Shown here piece by piece: positions 28,411-38,927 of a stretch of 64,000 nt of DNA; the stretch's first letter is position 1; every line of letters starts with the position of its first letter. This stretch comes from Spirochaetes bacterium GWE1_32_154. GTDB lineage: Bacteria > Spirochaetota > GWE2-31-10. The position numbers were made by a program, and so were the translations under genes. The stretch spans positions 20,871 to 84,870 of the forward strand of contig MIAY01000010.1 of NCBI GenBank assembly GCA_001829315.1, read 5' to 3'. Under the pieces are notes generated by a model. It made no database searches, had not been told where the DNA came from, and worked only from the letters and a program-made list of their open reading frames with translations.

Positions 28411-31323
28411 TCATGCAAAAATAGATTGAAATGCCTTTTCAATGTCATTGAGTGTATAAGGCTTTTGTAAAATACAATCAAATCCGCATTCTTTATATTC
28501 ACTTAAAACCGGCTCCTCTGAATAACCGCTTGATACAATTGCTTTTATTTTTGTATCTTTTTTTCTTATTTCCTTAATCGTTTCTTTTCCTCCAAGTCCG
28601 CCTACAATTGTCAGGTCAAGAATTAAAAGATCATAATGATTATCCAATCCATAGTTTTCATCAAATTTTTTAATTGTTTCTTTGCCATCCGACGTTGCCG
28701 TATATTTGTGACCCATTACTTCAAGCATTTTACATAAAACCTTAAGAATTATCGGGTCGTCTTCAAGGATAAGAATGTTGAGTGTTTTATTTATTCTTTC
28801 TGTTGCTCTTACTTTATTGTATACTGTTTTTTCTTTTTCAACAGCCGGGAGGTAGATGTTGAAAATAGTTCCCTGATTTTTAACCGATTTGACGGTTATA
28901 TCACCGCCATGTTTTCTAACAATAGTTAACGATGTTGCAAGTCCAAGACCGGAACCTTCAGTTTTGGTTGAAAAATAAGGGTCAAATATTTTATCAATAC
29001 ATTTTTCATCGATACCCGTACCTGTGTCTTCTATAGTGATTACAAGGTATTCACCTTGTTTTAAAATTGTTTCATTTATAGCCTCAATAGTGATTACATC
29101 CAAATTGATTTTTAATAACCCTTTACCACTCATAGCATGAATCGCATTGATTATTATATTGTGGAGTACCTGTGATATCTGATTCTGATCAATATTAACA
29201 TTCTTTATTGTATCTGAATAGGTGAATTGAGGTTTGATTGATGAACCACGTAATAAAAATCTTGATATTTCTTCAATTAGCGGGATAATTGAAGTGTTTT
29301 GTTTTATTGGCGAACCGCCTTTAGAAAAAGTGAGTAGTTGTTGCGTTAAACCGATAGCGTTTCTTGCAACGGATTCAATATCATTGATGCACGACACTGC
29401 ATCTTCAGTTTTCATATTATTTCGTTTAATGATCGATATATTGGCAAGAATACCGGTTAGATAATTATTGAAATCGTGGGCAATACCACCGGCGAGTAAC
29501 CCAAGAGATTCGAGATTTTTGTTTTTTAATAATGATTTTTCAAGTCTTTCTCTTTTTTCAATTTCTGATTGTAATTCGGCATTGGCAATTTCAAGATCTT
29601 TTGTTCTTTCCTTGACTTTTTTTTCCATATTTTCAGAATACTGATTTATTGTTTCAACAAGCATTGTTCCTTTTAACGCACCTGAAATCTGATGTCGTAA
29701 ACTTTTTACTGTAATACCGATGTTGATGCCATTATTAATAATAATATAGCCAATATCTTCATCTTTAACATGAAGAGCCTCAATAAAACCATTATAGACT
29801 TCATCTTTAAATTGACTCGGAAGTAAATCAATCGGATTAAAATCAGATATTTGAGATACAGAAATATTTGAACCGTTATTTATATAACCGATCAGTTTTG
29901 CTTTGGTTTTTTCATTATTTGAATAAGCAACAATAAAACATTTTGTAATAGTAAATAACGGGAGTTTTTCTGAAAGTATTGAAAGAATTTTATGTCTGTT
30001 AAAAGCTGTTGAAAGATCTTCACCTAATTGGAATAATTGTTCCTCAATAATTCGCGAATAAATATTTTTTTGGATAATTGAACAGCTATAATGATAATAA
30101 GAAAGTAAGAGCGATTTTGATATTTGAGCATTGATATTTGTTGAAGTTATTGAGTCTATTTTCTTTTTGAAAATTATATCAATTTTTTGTAATAATTCCA
30201 TTAAAATAGGATAAGACCATTCATTTTTGTATGAATTAAAAATATTTTTTTCCATAAAATCGATAGTGGTATTAACTTTATTCGGATCGGTTATTAATTT
30301 CATAATTGTAATAACCTGATTAAATAACCATTCTTTTTTATCAATTTCGATTATGTTGTTATACTGAGTAATTATCTTTTCAAAAAAATCACGTAAGACC
30401 TTATTGTTTACATTGAAATTTAATGTGTAGATCGTTGAGTCATTAGTAAAGTGGGATGGTATAAGAATATCGTTTGTCTCTGTTGATTTTCGTGGTATAT
30501 AATATGTTTGAAGTTCTTTGTTTTCAGGTACAACTTTGTTATTAATGAGAAAATGTATCATTTCAACTGCTTCAATTCCAAGTTTGGAAAGCGGATATGA
30601 TACAGTCGTTAATGCCGGTGACATAAAAAAAGATTCAAGCGTATTATCAAACCCGGTAACTCTTATTTCATGAGGGATATTTATTCCCCTTTTTTTAAGT
30701 TCCTGTAACGCTCCGAGTGCCATGTTATCATTAAAGCAAATTATAATATCAATCGGAAATTTATATGAATCAATAAAGTATGTAACCCCGTTTACACCAT
30801 CAAAAAAATTAAAAGTTCCGTTGTAAATTGCGTCATCATTTAAAACCAGATTTTTCACGGAAAGAATTTTTCTTAATGTTTCCATTCGTTGTATTGTGTC
30901 GGTATTATCAGTCGGGCCGGTTATTACAGCGATATTTTTTGCATTATGGTTACTCAGAATTGAATTAAGCATGACTTCAAACCCTGAAATATTATTAACT
31001 ATTATTGAATAATAACCGGAGAGTTTTTTTGAAATTAAAACAATTGGTATACTGGGAAAACCGGATAAAAATTGTCGTGCTTCATCATCATCAATAAAGT
31101 CAAAAATATTTGAAACAATAAGTCCGTCAAATTTTTCATTAATAATCCATTTATAAATGATATTTCTTTGTTTTTCCCATTGATCATCTGATTTTAATCT
31201 GCCACCATGAATTGTGAAAAGCTGATAGTTATATTCCAGACATTTTTTATAAATACTTTCGTATAATAGTTCATTGAAAGTATTCGAGATGTCCAGTGAT
31301 AAAAAACCTAATCGTTTTTCCAT
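28411..31323 (-). CDS. Soluble hybrid sensor kinase: N-terminal LacI/PBP1-type sugar-binding domain, then histidine kinase and C-terminal receiver
   Basis: No TM segment. Periplasmic-binding-protein-like block (IPVVLISKKLSGYY...NIAVITGP). H-box GIAHDFNN. HATPase motifs DTGTGID and GSGLGL. Receiver domain LILEDD...DLLILDLTIVGG. Confidence 0.85.
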   Translation of the reverse strand: MEKRLGFLSLDISNTFNELLYESIYKKCLEYNYQLFTIHGGRLKSDDQWEKQRNIIYKWIINEKFDGLIVSNIFDFIDDDEARQFLSGFPSIPIVLISKKLSGYYSIIVNNISGFEVMLNSILSNHNAKNIAVITGPTDNTDTIQRMETLRKILSVKNLVLNDDAIYNGTFNFFDGVNGVTYFIDSYKFPIDIIICFNDNMALGALQELKKRGINIPHEIRVTGFDNTLESFFMSPALTTVSYPLSKLGIEAVEMIHFLINNKVVPENKELQTYYIPRKSTETNDILIPSHFTNDSTIYTLNFNVNNKVLRDFFEKIITQYNNIIEIDKKEWLFNQVITIMKLITDPNKVNTTIDFMEKNIFNSYKNEWSYPILMELLQKIDIIFKKKIDSITSTNINAQISKSLLLSYYHYSCSIIQKNIYSRIIEEQLFQLGEDLSTAFNRHKILSILSEKLPLFTITKCFIVAYSNNEKTKAKLIGYINNGSNISVSQISDFNPIDLLPSQFKDEVYNGFIEALHVKDEDIGYIIINNGINIGITVKSLRHQISGALKGTMLVETINQYSENMEKKVKERTKDLEIANAELQSEIEKRERLEKSLLKNKNLESLGLLAGGIAHDFNNYLTGILANISIIKRNNMKTEDAVSCINDIESVARNAIGLTQQLLTFSKGGSPIKQNTSIIPLIEEISRFLLRGSSIKPQFTYSDTIKNVNIDQNQISQVLHNIIINAIHAMSGKGLLKINLDVITIEAINETILKQGEYLVITIEDTGTGIDEKCIDKIFDPYFSTKTEGSGLGLATSLTIVRKHGGDITVKSVKNQGTIFNIYLPAVEKEKTVYNKVRATERINKTLNILILEDDPIILKVLCKMLEVMGHKYTATSDGKETIKKFDENYGLDNHYDLLILDLTIVGGLGGKETIKEIRKKDTKIKAIVSSGYSEEPVLSEYKECGFDCILQKPYTLNDIEKAFQSIFA

Positions 31324-31378
31324 TATTGAACCAACGTCCTTATAGAGTGTAATTATACCATTTTTTTCGATTATTTAT

Positions 31379-31921
31379 TCAAAAAAATATTTTTAATAAA
31401 TTCGTTAGTGAATATAAAATAATACCGGAAAATCCGCAAATAAAAATTATTATTACCGGACTGATTTTTGTATATTTTATTAACAATAATGATACAAGAG
31501 CAATTATATATACAAGAGGATCAGTAAAGTGTGGCATTGATAATCGAATGAGTGAATATGAAATTAAAATCAGTGTTCCCGGTAATAATGCTTTTGTTAG
31601 GCGAATTCTATCTTTAATTATGTATTTTTCAATGATTCCGAGTAAACCGAGAATAAGTAAAGTAGGTAAAAGTAAAGATATCGTTGCAATTATTCCTCCA
31701 ATTATACCGTATAGTTTATAGCCGGTGTAAGTTGCCATATTAATTGCAATTGGACCAGGGGTCATTTGAGATATTGAAATTGCCATGGTAAAATCTTCTA
31801 AACTTAAAAAGTTTCTGCCGACAAGTTCTTTTTGAATTAACCCGACAACACTCCACCCTCCGCCAAACGCGAAAAAACCAATCTTTATAAATACTAAACT
31901 TAATGCGAATAATTCATTCAT
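31379..31921 (-). CDS. chrA: Short-chain chromate transporter family protein (ChrA half, C-terminal partner)
   Basis: 180 aa. FxxGGGxxxxP motif (FIKIGFFAFGGGWSVVGLI). ATGA overlap with the upstream paralogue. Confidence 0.75.
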   Translation of the reverse strand: MNELFALSLVFIKIGFFAFGGGWSVVGLIQKELVGRNFLSLEDFTMAISISQMTPGPIAINMATYTGYKLYGIIGGIIATISLLLPTLLILGLLGIIEKYIIKDRIRLTKALLPGTLILISYSLIRLSMPHFTDPLVYIIALVSLLLIKYTKISPVIIIFICGFSGIILYSLTNLLKIFF

Positions 31922-32457
31922 ATTTTTTCCTTTTTTGTATGTGATGAACCGGTTACATAGAGTAGAATAGTTAGCCCTATAAACACTGGAATAATAAATG
32001 ATTGATTTATTATAGAAAGGACAAGACCGGATAGTATTAGTATGAATTTTAATAGAGTCCAGTGTATATTTTTATGCATTTTCAGAAGTAAATTTATAAT
32101 CATTCCAATAGATGCAGCATATACACCTTTTAAAAAATATTGCACCGGTTGATAGTCAGAGATTGTATTGATAAACGCTGCAATAAAAGATAACACGATA
32201 AACGGAGGGAGTATTACACCAAGGATTGATACAAAAGCCCCCCTGTATCCGCACAGTTTTTTACCTGTTAAGAAAGCTACATTAAATATGATTGCACCGG
32301 GAATTGCTTGTGCTATTGATAGAATTTCCAGAAATTCAGAATCAGAAAGCCACTTTTTTTCGGTTATTTTCCTTTCGATCGCAATAATCATAACATAACC
32401 GCCACCAAGCGTAAATAAAGAAGTTTTAAAAAAGAATAAAAAAAGTTTTAAAATCAT
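31918..32457 (-). CDS. chrA: Short-chain chromate transporter family protein (ChrA half, N-terminal partner)
   Basis: 179 aa. TLFTLGGGYVMI motif. Paired short-chain ChrA genes are a known arrangement. Confidence 0.75.
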   Translation of the reverse strand: MILKLFLFFFKTSLFTLGGGYVMIIAIERKITEKKWLSDSEFLEILSIAQAIPGAIIFNVAFLTGKKLCGYRGAFVSILGVILPPFIVLSFIAAFINTISDYQPVQYFLKGVYAASIGMIINLLLKMHKNIHWTLLKFILILSGLVLSIINQSFIIPVFIGLTILLYVTGSSHTKKEKI

Positions 32458-32485
32458 TATATATCCTATTGAATTTATTTAGTTC

Positions 32486-34747
32486 TTGACTTATTTGAAA
32501 ATTGGAAATATCATTAACAATAAAGGTATATATACTATGAAAAAACGGTTTTTTTACGCATTTCACAATAAGATTATAACATTTATCATATCTGTTGTCT
32601 CATTTTTAGTTTTTTCGTTTCTTGCATATCAGATAATTTACGGGTTTGTAAGAACGAACACATTAATAGAAAGAACATTAAATGAATCTCAAGAAAAATT
32701 CAAGTTAATATTAAATTCAAAACTTGATTTATCAGATCGAATTATAAGAACATTACTTAATGATGATATTTTAACCTCAGCAATCACTTTAAGTAATAAA
32801 GATATTATAGAAAAACGGTTAAATTTCTATAACCCCATACTGGATACATTCAGTATCGAAGTTATTGATTCTCAATCTAACTATTATACAAATACTTTGA
32901 TACATGATCGATATAAAATGAATAACCAATATCGTGCAAATATAATAAAAACGGCATCAAATGATGGTGGTGTTTTCTTTCTGGAAAGGGAGAGTAGTCT
33001 GGATATCAGGTATGTGATGAAAAGGTTACATAGTAATGAAATACTATCGGTCGGTTTTTCTATAGATAGAGAAAGTTTTTTTATTAATCAATTAAAGAAT
33101 AGTATTGATGCAGAAATTATTCTATTCAATAAAAATGGGATTATAACAAATTCAATTACAAGTAATACAGCTCTTACAAAAGAAATGCTTCAATTTTCAC
33201 CTGATCAAGTATATACAAAAATCAGTCAGTCAGGTAATTCATATATCGATACCATAGAAATTTCAAATATTTTGTATGCAATACAATATAGCCCTTTTTC
33301 TTTAGATCGAGGGGCAATGGATTTGATTGTCGCTTTTGCTATTGATAAGAAAGAACTAATTGATAGTATCATTTCAGCAATTATAATTACGACAGCAACA
33401 ACAGTTCTTGTATTTCTATTGGTTATATTTTTTTCATATTATATAACAGTACGAATGGCAAAGCCTTTAAGAATGTTGACAAACGCATCAAGTCGAAATG
33501 CAAATGGAGAAATAGTAACGGTTGATTATGAAGGAAACAATGAGATTGCTGATTTAATCGGGAATTATAATACCATGATACTTGAATTAAAAGAAAAACG
33601 GGATGGTTTGGATGTTCTTATTGAGGAACGTACAATGGAATTATATAAAAGAAATAATGAATTAAAAGATATAAATCAAAAATCAAAGGTAGAATTAAAT
33701 ATTGCAAATAAAGTCCATTCACTTCTGTCAAGTGAAAGTAAAGTTGAATCTGAGGTTTTGGAGATTTCAAGTATGTATATTCCGGTAGAATCTGAAGGTT
33801 CAGTTCAATATAATTTCTATCGGGTGAGCGATAATAAAATTGGTTTATTAATATTTAATTTGGCTCGAATAGATTTACCTCATGCATTATTGTCATCACT
33901 TATCAGACTGTCTTTTAGTAAATATTCTATAGGAAATAGAACATTATGTGAGTTAATTGCACTTGTTAATGAAGAACTTGAGGAGTTCATACCAAATTAT
34001 AACGATGGTATATGTTTGTTTTATGCCTTAGTCGATGGTGATGATAAAAGATTGCAATATATAAATGCCTCCTGCAGTGCTGTTTATATACAAAAAAAAG
34101 AAGGAGCATTAATTCCCTTAAATAGCAGCACATATCGCATTGGACAAGAAATTGATGATTCTCTTCAAGAGTGGAATCTTAATCTTGAACAACATGACCG
34201 GTTAGTGTATATTTCCGGCACAAATTATTCGTTTAATTCATTAGAGCCTGTTATTCAGCGAAATGTATGTAAAACTTCAAGAGATATGATAAATGATTTA
34301 TTGCAGTCAATCACAGAAGAAAATAGTAATGATTCTAATATCTCTGTTTTATCAAGTGATTTTATTTTTATGAAACGGGAGTCTGTTATTCCGCCTGATT
34401 TAGACAGGCTAAGAGAGCGATTGTTACATGATTTAGAGATATCTTCAGATTTCGAGACTGAAGCTTCACACAACGCATTTATCAAAGCAATTGATGCTTT
34501 TGAGCTTGGTAAATATGATATTGCCATTAGAGAAATTAATAGACTTTCCGGAAGGTATACTAATGCAATTGATACCTTTGCTACTATGGATTTATTAGCA
34601 CATAGTTACTATCGACTTGAAAGTTTTGAAGAAGCTTTGAATTATTGGGAAGCAGCAGAAAAAAAAGAGCAAAAACCATATTCAATTGATAAAAATATTT
34701 CAATATTAAAAGGTATTATAGAAGAAAAGAAGATGCGTAAAGGATAA
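32486..34747 (+). CDS. Membrane sensor with HAMP domain and C-terminal PP2C-type (SpoIIE/RsbU-like) serine phosphatase domain
   Basis: Two TM segments flank a periplasmic region of about 250 aa. HAMP block (RMAKPLRMLTNASSR...IADLIGNYNTMILELKEK). PP2C-like block (DGDDKRLQYINASCSAVYI). The true start may be MKKRFFYAF at 32537. Confidence 0.75.
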   Translation: MTYLKIGNIINNKGIYTMKKRFFYAFHNKIITFIISVVSFLVFSFLAYQIIYGFVRTNTLIERTLNESQEKFKLILNSKLDLSDRIIRTLLNDDILTSAITLSNKDIIEKRLNFYNPILDTFSIEVIDSQSNYYTNTLIHDRYKMNNQYRANIIKTASNDGGVFFLERESSLDIRYVMKRLHSNEILSVGFSIDRESFFINQLKNSIDAEIILFNKNGIITNSITSNTALTKEMLQFSPDQVYTKISQSGNSYIDTIEISNILYAIQYSPFSLDRGAMDLIVAFAIDKKELIDSIISAIIITTATTVLVFLLVIFFSYYITVRMAKPLRMLTNASSRNANGEIVTVDYEGNNEIADLIGNYNTMILELKEKRDGLDVLIEERTMELYKRNNELKDINQKSKVELNIANKVHSLLSSESKVESEVLEISSMYIPVESEGSVQYNFYRVSDNKIGLLIFNLARIDLPHALLSSLIRLSFSKYSIGNRTLCELIALVNEELEEFIPNYNDGICLFYALVDGDDKRLQYINASCSAVYIQKKEGALIPLNSSTYRIGQEIDDSLQEWNLNLEQHDRLVYISGTNYSFNSLEPVIQRNVCKTSRDMINDLLQSITEENSNDSNISVLSSDFIFMKRESVIPPDLDRLRERLLHDLEISSDFETEASHNAFIKAIDAFELGKYDIAIREINRLSGRYTNAIDTFATMDLLAHSYYRLESFEEALNYWEAAEKKEQKPYSIDKNISILKGIIEEKKMRKG

Positions 34748-34790
34748 ATCAAGAATGGCATCAAACTATATTTGATGCCATTTAGTCATG

Positions 34791-36554
34791 TTATGGTTTA
34801 ACTATATCAATTTTTCGTAGTGATTCATTATCAAATATTAAGATGTCTTTACTGTTTGAGTTTACGTAAATAAAACTATCATAAAAACTTATAAATGTAT
34901 CGCTAAGAATCAGTTCATCAGATTTTGCTATTAATTTCATAGTTAAATCAAATTTACCAAGGTAGTAATTAGTATCACTTTTTAAAACGGCATACATAAA
35001 ATTATTATGTACCTGAACGAATGATCTGAAAAAAATATTATTATCTCCTATAGACTTAATTTCAAGTGTTTCAGGATCAAGAAGGGTCAGGTAATGTTCC
35101 GAATCGTGTGATCCTTTATGACCGATTACGACAACACCCTCGGGAAATACAAGATAGTTTTTACCGCAAATACTGGTCATTGAAGATGTTTTAATGATTG
35201 TTCTTGAAATTGGTTCAATAATATTAATTTCATTATTAAAATGTCCGTCATTTAATCGTTCAATAACTTTAAGATAATAGAATTTACCTGCCATAATTTT
35301 AGGGTCAGTCTGGCCAACTTTTAAGTTTGATTCCAATAAAGTAAGCTGCTGCTGTTTTTTATCGAGTTCAATTTGTTGTTTAGCTAAATTTTCGGCTTTT
35401 TTTTCTAAATCTTCCTCAGCTTTTTCAGGAGATGTTTCTTGTTTTAACAAAGTTTCATCTTTAATTATATCAATTTTTGCTTCTTCAATAATTTTTTCCT
35501 TTTCAGTTACTTTTTCCTGTTGTTCCTGAATACTTTTCTCATTTTCATTAACAGTTTCTTTTTTTTCTTCTACTTCTTGAGTTATTTGTTCTACAACAAC
35601 TTTTTCCTGTTCAATACTTTCTTTCACTTCTGCTATTGTATTTTCTTTTGCGATGATTTCCTGAGTAATTTTTTCCTTCTCGACAGGGTCACTTATAATA
35701 GTTACGACTTCTTTTTTTTGTTCAAGTTCCTTTTCTTCTTTAATCAGTAATTCTTCTTTTGTTTTGATAATTTCTGTTTTATCAGCAAGTTCTTTTTCTT
35801 TTGTGATGATTTCTTTTCTTTCCTGATCGACAGTTTTAATTATAGTTTCAATAATTTTTTTCTCTTCCTTGACTTCTTTTTCCTGAACTTTAACAAGATC
35901 TTTTCTTTCTTTTATACTTTTATCATCAGTTTTTTTTGCTTCATCAATTGTTTTCTTTTCTGATAATTCAAAAACAATCGGTTTTTTTATTTTTCCGCTT
36001 TTTAATGGTATGATGATTTTACTTTTACCGGCCCATTCATAATATTTTTTTGATAAACCTGCATTTTCGGATGTTATATTCTGCATAACTATATCTTTAT
36101 ATTTGGTATTGAAAAAAACAGTGTCTTTTCTATAGACCGCATTGTATATCGTAATAAAAAATGCAAGCGTTTTTGCATCTTTGCTTGTGTATCCGTATTG
36201 AGCCGCAAGATATGAAGCAATAATTGTTCTTACATTTCGTATATGTTCAACTTTTGCATCAGCATCTATTGAAATAATATCAGCATTATATTTTCCGTTA
36301 TCAATTTCATCGGAACAATGAATTACTGAGTATTTATTATGATATATTCCGGTATTTGTTTTTGATTTTTTTAAATTGTTGGATAAAATTCGTCCTATCC
36401 CCATAATTTCTAAAAAACTTTCAGTATATCTATAGGTGCCTGTATAGTTTTCAAATTCAATAATTTGCGTCTCAATCATCAATTCATCGTCAGCAACTTG
36501 AGAAAAAGCAAAAATTGGTAATAACATAACAATAATTTTGAATAGTTTATTCAT
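34791..36554 (-). CDS. Secreted coiled-coil (Lys/Glu-rich) protein with C-terminal beta-rich domain, unknown function
   Basis: Start chosen at MNKLFKIIVMLLPIFAFS (signal peptide). The ORF-track extension MFLLFFFFFF arises from a poly-A/T tract. Central region of about 250 aa is a KE-repeat coiled coil. Confidence 0.6.
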   Translation of the reverse strand: MNKLFKIIVMLLPIFAFSQVADDELMIETQIIEFENYTGTYRYTESFLEIMGIGRILSNNLKKSKTNTGIYHNKYSVIHCSDEIDNGKYNADIISIDADAKVEHIRNVRTIIASYLAAQYGYTSKDAKTLAFFITIYNAVYRKDTVFFNTKYKDIVMQNITSENAGLSKKYYEWAGKSKIIIPLKSGKIKKPIVFELSEKKTIDEAKKTDDKSIKERKDLVKVQEKEVKEEKKIIETIIKTVDQERKEIITKEKELADKTEIIKTKEELLIKEEKELEQKKEVVTIISDPVEKEKITQEIIAKENTIAEVKESIEQEKVVVEQITQEVEEKKETVNENEKSIQEQQEKVTEKEKIIEEAKIDIIKDETLLKQETSPEKAEEDLEKKAENLAKQQIELDKKQQQLTLLESNLKVGQTDPKIMAGKFYYLKVIERLNDGHFNNEINIIEPISRTIIKTSSMTSICGKNYLVFPEGVVVIGHKGSHDSEHYLTLLDPETLEIKSIGDNNIFFRSFVQVHNNFMYAVLKSDTNYYLGKFDLTMKLIAKSDELILSDTFISFYDSFIYVNSNSKDILIFDNESLRKIDIVKP

Positions 36555-36771
36555 TTGATATCCTTTTTTAATGTATTCTATACAATATACTATACTTTCA
36601 AGAAAAAAGAAGAAAAAAAATAATAAAAACAATATTTTTTAATATACAATGTATTTTTATGATTTATGTATTATAATTATAGATTAGACTATTGCGAAAA
36701 TCAGGAGAGACCGATAGAAAAGTGTTTTTTTGCAATAAGTGATAGATTTATTTATATTCAAGGGGAATACT

Positions 36772-38916
36772 ATGAAACAAATTGTGTCAATTTTATTTAT
36801 TTTTCTTTTCATTGTATCAGGTTGTGAACCAACAGATTCCGGTTCGTCTAACACTACTGATACCGCAGATTCCGGTTATACATTAAGCAGTGACGGGAAA
36901 ATAGCAACGGTATCTACTTCTGCCGGATTAAAAGAGATGCTTGCAAAAGATGGAGTTACTGAAATAACTCTTAAATCGGGAAATTATACTGAAGAATATG
37001 AAATAAATGATGCTAAAGAAGTAATAGGTTCATCAGAAACCAGTATCAATAAGATTTCTGTTAATAGTACAGGGGCAAAAATCAGTTCACCAAAAATAAC
37101 ATCGTTATTAGCCGGTAAAGGTATAGGGGATGGTGATTTAACATTAGAAAATGTAACCATTGAGGGGGATGCCGTTTTTCAGGGGGGCGGGTCGAATAGT
37201 ATTAAAGTAAAAGGAAATTCCAAATTTGAAGGTAATGTTACCCTTGATAAAGAAGGTTTAAGTTTTAAACTTGAGTCTACAATACAAATAAAGAAATCCA
37301 TTGTCGTTTCAAAACCGGCTAATTTATTACCTATTGATGAAAACTCCACTCCACCAAATATAGCTGCATCTATTGCAATTAATTATGACAGTACACAATT
37401 TACAAAGGTTACTCTGATGAATATAGGAACATCATCAAAACTCATTGTTGGTGAAGGTGTTACCGGTATGTCTCTCGGGACACAAGCTAAAGTAGCTACA
37501 TTATATACACTTGCATCAGGGGTAGCGATAGATGCTGCTGTTGGTGCTGCTATTACACAAGCTAATGATACAGGTTCTATTGTTGGAGCCGGTGCAGATG
37601 CAATAGCACAAACGGTTACGAAAGTTGAAATGGTTCTGACTACGGAACTTACTGCAATCATTGCCCTTATGAAGTTAAATGCAGGACTCATAACCGGTGC
37701 AAATCCTGATAATATTACAGGAAATTTTACATTGGTATCAACAGTTACGGTTGATTCGTCTATACCGGCCTTAGATATAAAATGGACAAGTTCAAATCCG
37801 GAAATTATCGCTTTAAACGGTACACAGGCTACGGTAACACGACCTGCAGTTAATACAACAGTAACATTAACCGCTGAAATAACTGTTGGTGCAATTACAG
37901 TGTCAAAAGGGATTACGGTAATTGTATCAGGAGCATCTGTTGTTACTTATACAGTAACATTTAACTCAAATGAAGGCTCTACGGTTAATGCACAAATTGT
38001 TGTTTCCGGCGGTCTGGTTACAAAACCCGGTAATCCTGCTAAGGCTGGGTTTACATTTAACGGGTGGTATAAAGAAAGCACATATGTGACATCATGGGAT
38101 TTTACAAAGGATACAGTGACATCAAATATAACCCTTTATGCAGGGTGGACTGATAATGCAGTAACACCTGTTACCTATACAGTGACATTTAAAGCTAATG
38201 ATGGCTCTACAGATACTGTACAGGTTGTTAATGACGGCGAACTTGCAACAGAACCGACAGCACCTGTTAAAGCCGGGTATACATTTGGTGGCTGGTATAA
38301 AGAAACAGGTTTAACAACAGCGTGGGTTTTCTCAACTGAAAAAGTAACTGCAAATGTCGAATTGTATGCGAAATGGACTATTAACAATTACACAGTAACA
38401 TTCAATTCAAACGGTGGCTCTACGGTTACATCAATGAATGCAGACTATAATACAAAAGTTTCCGCACCACCGGCAACACCGACACAAAGCGGTTACACAT
38501 TCGCCGGCTGGTTTAAAGAAACAGATTTAACTACCAAATGGGATTTTTTAGTAGATACAGTGACTTCAAATATAACCCTTTATGCAGGGTGGACAGCAGA
38601 TGGAGTTACAGGTACTATTACTGCCACGATTGTCATCGGGGCTGCTGATCCGGTGACATTACCGGGTGATATCAGTTTATCAACATTTGAAACATTTAAT
38701 GTAGCTGTTTCTGAAACAACTTATACTGCGTATGAATGGTATATAGATGGAAAAAAACTACTCGATATTAATAGTGCACCCGTAACAGGACATACTATTT
38801 TTGTATCTCTTCAGCCATTGGGTTTAGAGCCGGGTATACATGAGTTGACCTGTGTGGTAACAAATTCAACTGAAGTAAAATCATCAGGAAGCGTTCGATT
38901 TAGTATAACAAACTAA
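36772..38916 (+). CDS. Surface lipoprotein with four tandem Listeria-Bacteroides (Flg_new/InlB-B-type) repeats
   Basis: Lipobox IVSGC. Repeats of about 70 aa (YTVTFNSN-GST...GYTF-GW-KE...W-F..D-VTSNITLYA-W). A 41-bp near-identical DNA repeat occurs at 38110 and 38554. Confidence 0.75.
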   Translation: MKQIVSILFIFLFIVSGCEPTDSGSSNTTDTADSGYTLSSDGKIATVSTSAGLKEMLAKDGVTEITLKSGNYTEEYEINDAKEVIGSSETSINKISVNSTGAKISSPKITSLLAGKGIGDGDLTLENVTIEGDAVFQGGGSNSIKVKGNSKFEGNVTLDKEGLSFKLESTIQIKKSIVVSKPANLLPIDENSTPPNIAASIAINYDSTQFTKVTLMNIGTSSKLIVGEGVTGMSLGTQAKVATLYTLASGVAIDAAVGAAITQANDTGSIVGAGADAIAQTVTKVEMVLTTELTAIIALMKLNAGLITGANPDNITGNFTLVSTVTVDSSIPALDIKWTSSNPEIIALNGTQATVTRPAVNTTVTLTAEITVGAITVSKGITVIVSGASVVTYTVTFNSNEGSTVNAQIVVSGGLVTKPGNPAKAGFTFNGWYKESTYVTSWDFTKDTVTSNITLYAGWTDNAVTPVTYTVTFKANDGSTDTVQVVNDGELATEPTAPVKAGYTFGGWYKETGLTTAWVFSTEKVTANVELYAKWTINNYTVTFNSNGGSTVTSMNADYNTKVSAPPATPTQSGYTFAGWFKETDLTTKWDFLVDTVTSNITLYAGWTADGVTGTITATIVIGAADPVTLPGDISLSTFETFNVAVSETTYTAYEWYIDGKKLLDINSAPVTGHTIFVSLQPLGLEPGIHELTCVVTNSTEVKSSGSVRFSITN

Positions 38917-38927
38917 GGGGGGATGAC

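Noticed and set aside
31379-32457. Possibility that the two ChrA-like ORFs are a frameshifted pseudogene of a full-length chrA.
   Set aside because: The two ORFs are full-size short-chain ChrA paralogues, each with its own FxxGGG motif and ATGA coupling. Paired short-chain ChrA genes are a known native arrangement.
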